A stretch of 64,000 bases of DNA from positions 7,750,001-7,814,000 of the forward strand of contig JBHGNT010000008.1 of assembly GCA_043228905.1 (NCBI GenBank), read 5' to 3'. Positions 1 to 11,454 of the stretch are shown here, piece by piece. The position numbers and the translations under genes are program-made. This DNA comes from Azolla caroliniana (taxonomy: Eukaryota; Plantae; Polypodiophyta). The notes beneath the pieces are model-generated. The model did not search any database, had not been told where the DNA came from, and saw only the letters and a program-made list of their open reading frames with translations. Position 1 is the first letter of the stretch, and each line of letters begins with the position of its first letter.

Positions 1-89
1 ACCTAAGATGTAATCTCTCGTTTGGTCTTATAGGCCATTTTGGCCTCTTAACGGACGTTAATATGTCTTTCTTTCTTTCTACTAAATTT

Positions 90-1380
90 CTTTCACTACT
101 ATTTCTTGAGTTTCTCAACCTTATCAAGGAGGGCAAAGCCTATACAAAGTGGATTTATTGCAGCTTTGTAGATTTCAGAAAAGCCATTAACAATGTACTA
201 TGTTCTTGGATCATGCAATAACATGAAACGCTTGGTGTTCCGGTAAGATATGCAAACAAGGAGTAAACCAAGGATGGCACGTATTGTTGATTCTGAGGTA
301 TCACTTACATAGAAAGATTTAGCAGTTTATAGCCACACAAAATTACTCTATGTTGACAACATTTTGCTTATCCCCGACTCTGTAGAGGGACTATAAAGAC
401 ATCTAAAAGCCTTTAAAACATTTTGTATGGATGGTAAACCTAGAAAAAACTAAAGTGATGATCAGAACCAGAAGTCTTCTTGGGAGAGAAAAGGTGGCAT
501 ACACATGATCCTACTCATAGCTATGAGTAACATTCACAAGGCCTTGGTTCTCCTTATAGGAAGCAACTTTTGCTTGACTTCTCATGGATATGCAACCCTT
601 GATGCTCTTGGGAGACAATGTGTACATATACAGTTCCAAGAGCCACAAACTAAATTGTGGCTATTTGATATACTTGTCATGCCAAATCTTCACAAGGCAA
701 ATAAGTGGAAAGATTTGGAAAGACCTTTAGCCTCAATGATTACCCACACGATAAGGAGCAATGCATCACCATGATATAATTCAGGCAGAGATCAGAGCAG
801 AGATGAGGCATTATTCTGATCAGTGACCCATATCCTACAACTTTGGGAAATCCCTAAACGAAGATGTCATCGACACAACTTGCTGAACACAAAGATAATC
901 ATTGTTGATATGACGAGACACAACAGTGGCTTGAGTCACATGGGATAAACATAAATAAACTACCCTCTGTTACAATATAGCTTGGGTTATCCCCATCTGA
1001 TCGTGGCCAACACGGAAGTGAATAGAGTAATTCGAACTGATATGATCAAAATTGGATAATGGAGAACATGGAGCAGCCCCACAACATCTCTTGGTACAAA
1101 GATGGCCCACTATAAGGCACACTTTTTTCACACATCTGAGGATGGATTCATCATTAGGCCTTCTTATATCAACATATATCTATTGCACGTGTTGTGCAGT
1201 GTGATAGGGCAACTGCAGAACTCTTAACATCAAGTAGAGATTGACATAAACTTATATGCATGCACACCTCTTGAAGAAAGAATCTACCAATTATGGCATC
1301 AGGGAATGGAATCTGATGTAGTTATACAGATGATTCCATGCGTGTTTCTTTCAACCATGAAACTTGAAATTTGAAACTCT
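90..1380 (+). mobile_element. Degenerate LINE (non-LTR) ORF2 remnant: RT domain and C-terminus
   Basis: Motif relics: AGCTTTGTAGATTTCAGAAAAGCC = SFVDFRKA (~163-186), LYVDN (YADD box relic, ~347-360), KTKVM (~446-460) and HQVEID...PLEERI (C-terminal zinc-finger region, ~1228-1285). Many stops and frameshifts. Confidence 0.7.
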
Positions 1381-1732
1381 CAAACTCGTTTTGACACATT
1401 TCTCTGACATTATGTATAATAAAGTACAGTGCAATACATTTACAAAGAAGTGATATCAAGTGATGAAATAATATTGTAACTATGGCATTAAACAATACAG
1501 TTCAGTACATACAATATAATATAATATACAAGCAAGATTTTATAGCTATGGTGCTGTATAATACAATTCAACACATAAATTTATGATGAAAAAAACAATA
1601 CAACTCAACACAGCACAATTTAATAAAATCATGACAAGAAATGAGGCAAGATTTTGGAACTACAGTGTTGAATGATACAACACAATACAAAAATTTATGA
1701 AGAACAACTGACCCAAAAGGATGAGTGCTTAC

Positions 1733-1851
1733 ATGAGTATGATCCAAATGGCAACGAAACTTAGAGCTTTCATCATCGAGAACCGCCGTTTTCTTACGCT
1801 TTGAAACTGTTGGTTTGCTCGGCTCGAAAACCACAGTCTTCCCGCACTGAT
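1733..1851 (-). other. Possible isolated exon (119 bp) of an unknown gene or transposon gene
   Basis: On the minus strand: pyrimidine-rich tract, then cattAG|ATCAGTGC...CATACTCAT|GTAAGC, followed by T-rich intron-like DNA. The frame is open (DQCGKTVVFEPSKPTVSKRKKTAVLDDESSKFRCHLDHTH). No homology recognised. Confidence 0.25.
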
Positions 1852-2149
1852 CTAATGTGAGAATTGCAATGGCGGGAACAAGGGGGGACCACGAAAGGGG
1901 AAATTCTTTAGAAGGAGGAGAATGCAAAAGAGGAGGGGGGGTAGAATGTGACGGAGGGGGAGGAGAAGAAGGAGAAGAAGGAGAAGAGAAAGGAGGAGGA
2001 GAGAAGAGAGAGAGCATTAGGTCTGAGAAAACGGTGGACTCATGAAATCGTTCCATGATTTTCTTGTCCTTCTTCTTCCCTTTCTTCTTGTGCGACATAC
2101 ACAGAGTAGGGGGACAGAGGGGGGTCGAAGAAGTGGAGCTCCCTCTCCC

Positions 2150-2865
2150 TCTCAATGTCTCTATCTCTATCTCTATCTCTGTTCTCCCCCGCCTCTCTGT
2201 TTCTCTGTGTGTGTCTGTCCGTCTCTGTGTAAACAAAAAAGCTCCGAGGTCTTGCTCTGCTCTGCTCTGCTCTGTGTGTGTTTCTTCTTCTTCTTCTTCT
2301 TCTTCTTCTTCTTCTTCTTCGCTGTGTCTCTGTTCTTTTCCGTTTTCCAAAATCTCAAAAATACCCCTCCTCCATCTCTTCGTCTTCTTCTTATTATTAG
2401 TAATAGTGTGCTCTTCTTCTTCTTCTTCTTCTTCTCCGTGTCTTTGTTCATTTCAGTTTTTCCAAATCTCACAAATACCCCTCCTTCATCTCTTCTTCTT
2501 TTTCTTCTTATTATTACTGTTATTGTTATTGTTATTATATCATCGCTCTGTGTGTGTGTGTGTGTGTGCTCTTCTTCTCTGCGTCTTTGTTCTTTTCGGT
2601 TTTTCAAAATCTCACAAATACCCCTCCTCCATCTCTTCTTCTTCTTCTTCATTATTATTATTACTCTTACTTCTTCTCCTTCTTCTTCTTCAATCATTGC
2701 TCTATGTGTGTTCCTCTTCTTCTCTATGTCTTTATTCTTTTCGGTTTTTCAAAATCTCAATAAATACCCCATCTCTTCTTCTTCTTCTTCTTCTCCGTGG
2801 ACCTTCATCATCTTCTTCTTATTATCACATCATCGCTCTGTGTGTGTTCCTCTTTTTCAAAAATG
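2150..2865. repeat. Compound microsatellite/minisatellite: (CTT)n, (TG)n and (TTA)n within about four ~120-145 bp units
   Basis: Core TTTTCAAAATCTCACAAATACCCCTCCTCCATCTCTTC recurs at ~2343, ~2457, ~2601 and ~2745. Confidence 0.9.
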
Positions 2866-3490
2866 AGCAATTGCCTGTTGCTAGTCCACGTCGCTTTGGA
2901 GCTAATCCCAAAGGCCAACCCCCAATCAAAACGCTCCAAATCAAGACCTTTGATACAAGTTGCAATTTAGAATGCCAAATATGTTTTAAGATTTTCCACT
3001 ATCCATGATTAGAGTTATGTACTTTCTATTCTTGTTCAACCTTAAATGGTAGGCATCGAAGAGATTCAATGGAGCAATGATACAAGAGATTAGTAGTCAC
3101 TTGTAAAAATTACACCTAACCGCGTAAACACCAATCAACCTATAGTTGGTCCTCGGTTTGTATAGGTAAAGGATCTTTGATTAATGTTAACACGTTTGCG
3201 TTCACAAGTGCAAGGATAAGGTTCCATCTTATTTTGGGGCTTTTTGGGCCATTTCACAAAACACCTTGATACCAGTATCACATATTCTCAAAAAGTTGAT
3301 AAAAAAGTTGAAATTTTCACCATTTGGTAAATTGGAAAATCAAGGCTCGTGTTTAGAATCTACTCAACGTGAGGAATGTTTATTCTGGACTAAGTCTTAG
3401 TTGCAAACACAATGTATTCCCTTTGGGAAAACTATCCAAAGGTGTGGTCGGAAGGATTGAATTATGTGCACATACAATTGCGAGTTATCT

Positions 3491-4474
3491 TGTTACGTTC
3501 TCTAGTATATATACTATTCGGTTATCTTATACACTCTTCGGTACACAATCCAAATCTAAATTAACACGTTGTCGTGAAGTGCGAAAGCTTCACATTAAAA
3601 GTCTACAATAAGATAAAACGTAATGAAAATAAAATAAACCTTTATAATGTTGATAACATACTATGATAATATTATACACTATATGTAGAGACAAAAATAT
3701 ATATATCTATTATATTACATGCAAAAGAGGACTTGAACCAACAACCTCAACCTTATAGCATTCAAACCTTACCATTTGGCCTATACTTATAATGTATAAA
3801 AGAGTGTGTCTTGTTTACATTTTAAGTAGTATTATATTGTTTAAACCATTAAACCATCAAACGAGCTACATGTGCACCATATAGCACACATGCAAGAGTC
3901 TCTCTGCATGTGCGCCACATGGCCCACATGTAGAACCATCTCTTCCCTATAAAAGGAGAAGGAAGTATAGACAAAGAAAACCAAGAAATAAGATGGAAAT
4001 GATTATATTGGATCTAGAGAAAGATATATTGTAATAAAGAAAGAGAGAGAGACAGAGAGAGGTATTCTTAAAAGAGAAAAGAAGAACTAGCTTGTTGGTG
4101 GTGGTCCTCAACTCGCAACAGAAGGGCAGCGGTTCGAGTATTATACTTGTCGAGAGATTGAAGGGAAGGCTATGGTCTACCATCAAGAAAGAGAAGAGTG
4201 ATTACCTAGTGAGACAAAGCTCGAAGGATCAACGATGCTTGCAATCATTTTGTAACTCATTCATCAAATAATTATAAGTTTCTTTCATTCCTTCAAATAT
4301 CATTCTATATCCCATCTTGTCATATCTTGTTGATCTCTATTTACTCTATCTCTACTCTTTCGTCTCTTTTGTCCATAATCCCAGTGATTCCTTCCTCACT
4401 TTCATGATATCTTTTGTCTACGCAATGGTACGCTTCTAGGCAAGCCACACTAAGCGTAGAAGGCAAGTACACCA
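3491..4474 (+). mobile_element. Solo LTR, probably of the tRNA-Trp-primed Gypsy lineage
   Basis: TGTTAC...ACACCA ends, imperfect flanking duplication TATCT/TATAT and TATA-like CTATAAAAGGAG at ~3947. The 3' motif GTCCATAATCCCAGTGATTCC resembles GTCCAAAACCCCAGCGGTTCCC in LTR 23988-24724 and GTCCAAGACCCCCGTGGTCCC in LTR 52026-52695. Confidence 0.65.
3719..3787 (-). promoter_or_regulatory. tRNA-like Pol III internal promoter (A box + B box) inside LTR U3
   Basis: Minus strand TAGGCCAAATGG (3783-3772) and GGTTCAAGTCC (3739-3729), 44 nt apart as in tRNA genes, followed by TTTT. Confidence 0.65.
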
Positions 4475-4776
4475 TATATATCCTCAATGAACTATATTAC
4501 TCACTCCCTTTGTTATGTACAATTCAAGCCCTTAAATAGGTAGCCTATAAGATACAAATTGATATCCATCTAGATGGTTGCATCCTTCAAGATCTGACAC
4601 TTCTATTAATAACTCTTCAAATCTAATAATATTTACAACGCTTCCTATTAACACTCAAAATTATTTATTTATTTGTCCTAGATTTCACACTTTGTCTGCC
4701 TCCGTCTTCACTCCTTCGGCTCTCCGGTTCTCCAACTTTCCGACTCTGACCCATGACAACTTCATTGGGCAACACA

Positions 4777-4816
4777 TGGCACATCCATGGGACAATACCT
4801 TGCACGTCGAACCCAC
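4777..4816 (-). other. tRNA-3'-half mimic (T-arm + acceptor strand + CCA) at the PPT position
   Basis: GTGGGTTCGA-cgtgcaaggtattg-TCCCATGGATGTGCCA, then 2 nt, then the LTR start TGTTG. Confidence 0.7.
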
Positions 4817-4822
4817 TCGCCC

Positions 4823-6068
4823 TCAACTATCTTCCAAAATTTCCAAAATGCTTTGTTGTTTGTCCTCCGCTATATCTTGCTAAGTTTCCATCTGTTCTGG
4901 CAACTCCTCATCTCCAGTCCTTTGTTGTCTCGGTGCTTGGTCCTCAGGCCATTTCGTCCGTTGCTCCGGCCGTTCTTCCTTCATGCGTGTCTGTTCCAAC
5001 TCCACCTCTAGTCACTCTTCATCACTAAGAATTTTCTGTTCGGCTTGGTTGTCCCTGGTCTGTTGTTCCGTCCGTTGAAGTCTCTCCCGCTCATAAGCTT
5101 CCAGCCCAATGTTAACTACAACTAATCATCCTCAAATTCTTCCAAGATTTTCCGTATTTCCTCTATTTGAACTTGAGCCATGGCTTGAAAGTCTTCGGAT
5201 AACTCCTCTCGGATTGTGATGATGCTTTCTTCATCCATCTTATAAAAATGATCTCCATTTTTTATCCTGTTATTTGCATCCGCACGGAACAATTGTAGTT
5301 CTATTGCTTGCCCCGACCATTCCTTCCATATTGCAACCGAACATTCCTCAAGTTTCTCTTTCATCCGTTGCCGCTGATTCTCCACAATTAGTCGGATTCT
5401 TTGTATCCCCATCTCTGTCTTCTCTTCCATGACATGCTTTTCCTATTTAAGCCGCTTAATTTGTTGCGTTCGCTTGGATCTCATATGCATGAGCTGAGTT
5501 TGATATGTGGTATGTACCTTCGTCAACACTTTTCTGGATCGTTCAATCATCTAGTCCTGGTCTCCCAATAGCTTGCTTGGCCTTCTCTGTCTCTTTTCTC
5601 ATTTGCTCCTTTGTTTCTTCAAATAACTTTTCCCACAACATCAATGCCCCAACCTTCTCCTTCACTTATGCTCGCACCTCTTTGAGTCGCTCCCATTGTC
5701 GGTCGAACTCCTTCTCCAACTCCTTGTGATCTCAATAGAGTTTCTCGAACTCCGCTTGCTTGTCCTTTAACCACCAGTTCCTTTGTGCAGGCAGCGTGTC
5801 ATCACGTTCTTTTTTTGTCGGAGCTCCTCCTGCAACCTTTTGATTTCCGTTCTAGCCATTCTTCGGATTTTCTCTTTTTCCTGCTGAATCGCTTCCTTCT
5901 CTTCCTTCATCAGGTTCAAACTTTCTTGAACCTTACGTAGTCCTTCCTCCATTTTCTTTTTCTCTTCTTCGGCTATTCCCTGCAACTGCTTCTCTTTCTT
6001 ACCTAGCGTTGTTTGCATGACAATTTCTTCTTTTAAGCTTTGCTAATTCCTTCTCCGCCTCTTCCGAC
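4823..6068 (-). pseudogene. Gypsy accessory (post-pol) ORF, C-terminal part: coiled coil plus conserved unknown domain
   Basis: ORF pieces 5767-6018 and 5122-5430. WKEWSGQAIELQLFRADANNRIKNGDHFYKMDEESI aligns with WMAWATQAAELHTYRADSENRRKDDRGFYKLNEESI in ORF 50173-50877. Confidence 0.75.
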
Positions 6069-6513
6069 TATCATGATATAGCATGGTATGGCTTCAAAAA
6101 GATTTGAACCCATCACCTTGTGGCACATGGGCAGAAGCCTTACCATTAAGCTATAAGTTGTAATACAAAAAATATTATTTCCATTTATTATTTCACTTAG
6201 GAAATCTGTGTATATTCTAGATTTCTCTGGAACATTCTAGAAATGTCAAGAGTATTCCTAAAGCCACTATAAAAAGAGGCACATGGCAAGCATTATCAAG
6301 AACAAAATCGGTTCAACGCTAGTCTTAGCCTCCTTGTTGTTCTTGTATCTTTCTTCTTATAATATAATATACTTCTTGTTGTCATCATTATCTCTCTCTC
6401 TCTCTCTCCTCTCACGTGGTTCTCACACACTCATTCCCTTCTCAGTACTAATCCTCATTCTTCTCCTCTACATTTAGTACTAATTCTCCTTGCCTCTAGT
6501 ACTATCCCTAACA
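6069..6513 (+). repeat. 5' LTR of the chromovirus
   Basis: Matches 11103-11450 plus ~16290-16393. TATAAAAA at 6268. Confidence 0.93.
6091..6156 (-). promoter_or_regulatory. tRNA-like A/B boxes in chromovirus LTR U3 (second copy at ~11125-11190)
   Basis: Minus strand TAGCTTAATGGTAAGGC (D-stem GCTT/AGGC intact) ... GGTTCAAATC, then TTTTT. Confidence 0.7.
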
Positions 6514-6515
6514 GT

Positions 6516-6528
6516 TTGAACCGATTTT
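6516..6528 (+). promoter_or_regulatory. Self-priming-type primer-binding site
   Basis: TTGAACCGATTTT is the exact reverse complement of AAAATCGGTTCAA at 6304-6316, about 36 nt downstream of the TATA box. No TGG-type tRNA PBS is present. Confidence 0.75.
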
Positions 6529-6594
6529 CCTCTTCAGCTTCGTATCCCTCCTTCCCTTTATACTAATCTTCTTATCCTTCCTTCCTCCAATACT

Positions 6595-7706
6595 ATGGCA
6601 ATTGTTACCGCTCAAGAATACCAATCTGTTTTCTTGAAGCTGCAGTGCTTGAAAGAAAGGTTTGTCGAATTGGAACAAGAAAATCAACGGTTGTTGGGGG
6701 ATCTTTAACAAATCTCTTTAGAAAAGCAGCAAGCGCAACAACATGGGGAGTTAGCGTTACATGTGCAACAACTTGAAGCAACCATTGTAGCATTGCAACA
6801 ACAAGGATCAAGTACTCAAGGGATTCATAAAGAGCCCAAGATCGGCCTTCCTATGAAATTCGATAGAACACGATCACAATTCAGAGGATTCCTTAATCAG
6901 GTACGATTAGTCATTCAAATGCATCATTCCCGATATCCCACTGATGCATCACGAGTGGGTCTAGTAGGCACGTTACTGAGCGGCTTAACTTTGGCATGGT
7001 TTGCTCTATTGTTGGAAAAAAGTTCTCCCTTACTAAATAATTTTGAAGAGTTTATAAGTGAGTTTAAAGCCTGTTTTGGAGATATTGATAGCATAAGAAC
7101 GATGATCAACAAAATCCAACGATCACGTCAAGGTGATTGTCCAGCCTCCACTTACGCTGCAGATTTCCGTCTACTACATTGATGGAGCAATTTCGATACG
7201 GCCTACGAAATGATGTCAAAGACTTACTCCTGAATTTCTCTGAAGAACCAAAATCACTCATAGAGGCAATTAGTCGAGTGGTACGATGCGATAACTGGCT
7301 TTTCGAACGATGTTCGGAATGCCAATTACAAATGCCAAGGACCAGGTTGGAGCCCACATACGCCTCGGTCGTAGCAAAACCATTTGCAAGGGAGTCATAT
7401 CATGCATCTCTGGCAAATACTCCAACACCGATGGAAATCGACACCACATGTCGTCATGGACCATTGTCGAAAGAAGAAAAGCAACTACGCCGAGTAAATC
7501 GATTATGTCTTTACTGTGGAGGACCAAGGCATATTGCAATAAACTGTCCACATAGGCCAAGAAGACGAGTAAATCAAATAGTTGCTTGTACTAAACCCAA
7601 GTCTATTTCGGTAGGAGTGTCTGATAGTCCTAATAGTACTAATAGCCCAAGTCTATCAAACAAATTTGATGTCCTTAGTCAGTTACAAGAAGAGTTAAAC
7701 GACTAA
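6595..7706 (+). pseudogene. gag: Chromovirus gag (capsid + CCHC knuckle)
   Basis: EPKIGLPMKFDRTRSQFRGFL, PTPMEID and CLYCGGPRHIAINCP. Stops and a frameshift are present. Confidence 0.9.
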
Positions 7707-7732
7707 GTCCAACCAAAATAGGAGTCATTTGG

Positions 7733-10700
7733 TTGGACAAGCCTAGATCCGTGCAACCCATTAGTGGTTCCATTCCCTCTAAGCAAGTTAGCAATGTGTT
7801 CTTAACTCAAGTAACAGTTAGTACTAAAAGTACTCCTCCAATACATGTTTTAGCACTCCTAGATTCTAGAGCTAATTCTTGCTTCATGGATAGGAATTTT
7901 GCCCAAGCTCATCAAATATCCCTAAGAAAACTCCCTTGTCCAGCCTCCGTAGTAGTCATTGGTGATCGTCCCATTGCTTCCGGAAATATCATAGAACAGT
8001 CAGAGCCAGTTAATATTGTCCTAGATAAATTAGCGTGTGTAGTATCATCTAATATAATCAATAGCCCAGAACATCCCATTGTTTTAGGATTACCATGGTT
8101 TGAATTACATAACCTAGACATAGATTGGAGAACAAGAGAAATCTGGTATCGACCAAACCGAGGATCTACTCATAGGATTGCAACCATTTCCTTACATAAA
8201 TTGCGTGAGGAAGGACACAAGGAAGCAATGTTCGACTTCACGGTATCAGTAAAACCTTCCAACACCACTAAAGAGGAATCCATAGTTCAACTTCCAGAGA
8301 AGTATCGTCATTATGCCGATGTGTTCAATAAGGTACAAGCCAATACACTTCCTCACTATCGATTGTATGATTGCCCCATCGATTTACAACCGGGAAAAGA
8401 GCCACCATGGGAACCGATCTACAATTTGTCACCAACCGAGCTATAAGTCCTTGGAGCCTATGTAGAGGAGAATTTGGCAAATGGTTTCATTCGACATTCG
8501 AAATCTCCAGCCAACGCACCCATTTTCTTTGTCAAGAAAAAGGATGGATCACTTCGTCTCGTCGTAGATTACCGTGGCTTGAATAAGGTCACCATCATGA
8601 ATAGGTATGCACTCCCCCTTATCTCAAGTCTTTTAAAACGGATCAATGGTGCAAGGTTCTTCACAAAGATTGACTTACGAGGAGCATATAACCTTGTACA
8701 AATCCGACCAGGAGATGAACGGAAGACTGCGTTTTGCACTAGATATGGGCACTTCGAGTATACGGTCATGCCATTCGGTCTCACTAATGCACTAACAGTC
8801 TTCCACCACATGCCAAATGATATATTCTGAGATGCCAATAGTCTCTCGGAAGGCATCTCTATGGATCCAGCTAAGGTCAAAACTGTGGTAGAGTGGCCGA
8901 CTCCATGTTCGTTGCGAGATGTGCAATGCTTTTTAGGCTTTGCCAATTTTTACCGCAAGTTTATATAGGATTACTCAAAGCGTATTCTGTCTCTCACACA
9001 GCTTACCAAGAAGGGGCAGTCGTTTGTTTGGTCTAAAGAAGCGGACATGGATTTTGAGAGTCTTAAGAAGGCATTTACATCATCTCCTATACTAGCCCAT
9101 GTTGATCCGAAAAAACCATTCATCATTGAGGTAGACGCGTTGGATTTTGCCTTGGGTAGCATTCTGTCACAACAAGGCGATGATGAAAAGCTACATCCTG
9201 TGGCTTTCCACTCGCGCAAGTTTGACGCCGCCGAAATCAACTATGAAATTCATGATAAGGAGTTATTAGCAATAGTGGACTCTTTTACGCAATGGAGGCA
9301 TTTTCTAGAGGGGTCTTCTCATCAAGTCACCGTATTCAGTGATCACAAAAATCTTGCCTACTTCCAGAATGCTCGTGTGTTAAATGAATGTCAAGCTCAA
9401 TGGGCCCAATTCCTCACTCGTTTCGACTTCAAAATTACATATCGTCTTGGGAAACAACAAGGGAAGGCATATGCGTTATCACGACACTCATATATAGCAC
9501 CACGTTCCGGTGAGCCAACATTTGATAACAAAAAAAAAGTAATCATAGGACCGGCACGACTTCAAGCAACGCAGGTTTTCGATATGCCATTGGATTCCCA
9601 CATTATCGATGCCGTACGTGAGGACTTGAAGACAGATGCTTTCGCTCAAGCCATTCTAGCACAAATTGATCCCTCTCGGGCATCTTGTTCGCAGTCGCAA
9701 CAACTAGGTACGGACTATCGACAATTTGAATGTCATGATGGATTATTATTCGTTAAGAAAATCTTGTACTATTCGCAGTTGCCTTCGAGTAGTCCAAAAC
9801 TGTCATGACACATATACAATTGGGCATTTTGATAGTACTAAAATGTTGGATTTAGTACAACGATCATTATGGTGGCCTCATATGCGACGATTTTTCGAAG
9901 ACTATGTTCAAACATGTGATACATGTTGCAGGGAAAAGATGCCAAGACATCATCCATATGGTTTATTGGAACCATTGCCAATTCCAAGTAAGCCGTGGCA
10001 ATCCATTTCTCTATATTTCATCACAGATCTTCCAATTTCAAAGGGATTCAACGCAATCTTAACAATAGTAGATTGATATACAAAGATAACACATTTTCTA
10101 CCTTGTACTAACAAAATCGTTGGTGAAGAAACCACCGAAATTGTCATCCGAGGGGTATGTTGGCATCATGGCCTCCCCGATAGCATCATCAACACCCGTG
10201 GACCCCAATTCTTCTCGAAATTCTGGAAGCATCTCTTCAAAATGCTCAAGGTCACTTGTAATCTCTCCTCCGGCTCTCACCCGCAAACAGACGGACAAGC
10301 TGAACGAACGAATCAAATGCTGGAACAATATCTTCGGTGTTTTCTAAGCTATCAACAAGATGACTAGGCAGATATTCTCCACTTTGCAGAATTTGCGTAT
10401 AATAACTTTGTCCACTCATCGACAAGGGTTACACCATTTTATGCTTATATGGGCTATCATCCCCGATGGTGTGTATTCGAAACTCCGGAGTTACCCATAA
10501 ATCCTTTTGCAGAGGATCGTTTGGAGCGGCGACGCAAGATACATGCAAACTTATCTACTCATTTACAACAAGCCCAACAAACACAGAAGGATTATGCGGA
10601 TCGTCATCGACTTCCATCCAGTTTTAACATTGGAGATTGGGTATGGCTATTACGATGGCACATCAAGACTACTCGACCATGCGATAAATTGAACTATCGG

Positions 10701-11102
10701 CGATTAGGTTCTTTCCATATTATCGGAAAAATTAATGATGTCGCTTTTCGTCTCGATCTACCTTCGCAACTACGGATACATCCGGTTTTTCATAGTTCTC
10801 TTCTCGAACCATATTACGACAACACTATTCCGAATCGTATTATGCCACCTCCACCCTCGATCGAGCTTGAAGCAGGACCGGAGTACGAAGTAGCTGCCAT
10901 CCTTGATTCCAAGATTTTTCACAACAAGCTCTACTATTTGGTCGATTGGCTAGACTATAGTCCAAGTGAGCGTACTTGGGAACTAGTCGAGAATGTGGTA
11001 AATGCTCGAGCTCTTGTTGAGAACTTTCATCAACGATATCTTGACAAGCCAGGTCCTCCATCTAAGAAGACTTGTAGCACTTGTTGTCTTAAGGGGGGTT
11101 AG
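7733..11102 (+). pseudogene. pol: Chromovirus pol (PR-RT-RNaseH-integrase-chromodomain)
   Basis: ALLDSRAN; [20 protein letters not shown] (the YxDD segment is deleted at ~8835); NYEIHDKELLAIV; H..GH/CDTC; EYEVAAILDSKIFHNKLYYLVDW (chromodomain). Confidence 0.93.
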
Positions 11103-11454
11103 TGTCATGATATAGCATGGTATGGCTTCAAAAGGATTTAAACCCATGACCTTGTGGCACATGGGCGGAAGCCTTACCATTAAGCTATAAGTTGTAATAC
11201 AAAGAATATTATTTCCATTTATTATTTCACTTAGGAAATCCATGTATATTCTAGATTTCTCTAGAACATTCTAGAAATGTCAAGAGTATAATTTCCTAAA
11301 GCCACTATAAAAAGAGGCACATGGCATTATCAAGAACAGAATCGGTTTAACACCAGTCTTAAGCTTCCTAGCCGTTCTTGTATCTTTCTTCTTAAAATAT
11401 AATATACTTCTTGTTGTCATCATTATCTCTCTCTCTCTCTCTCTCACTCTCTCT

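Noticed and set aside
1568-3008. Long ORFs of 174-317 aa on both strands
   Set aside because: Poly-F/S/E/K runs produced by stop-poor microsatellites.
6091-6156. Functional tRNA genes at 3719, 6091, 11125 and 24170
   Set aside because: Anticodon and acceptor stems do not pair; reported only as tRNA-like promoter boxes.
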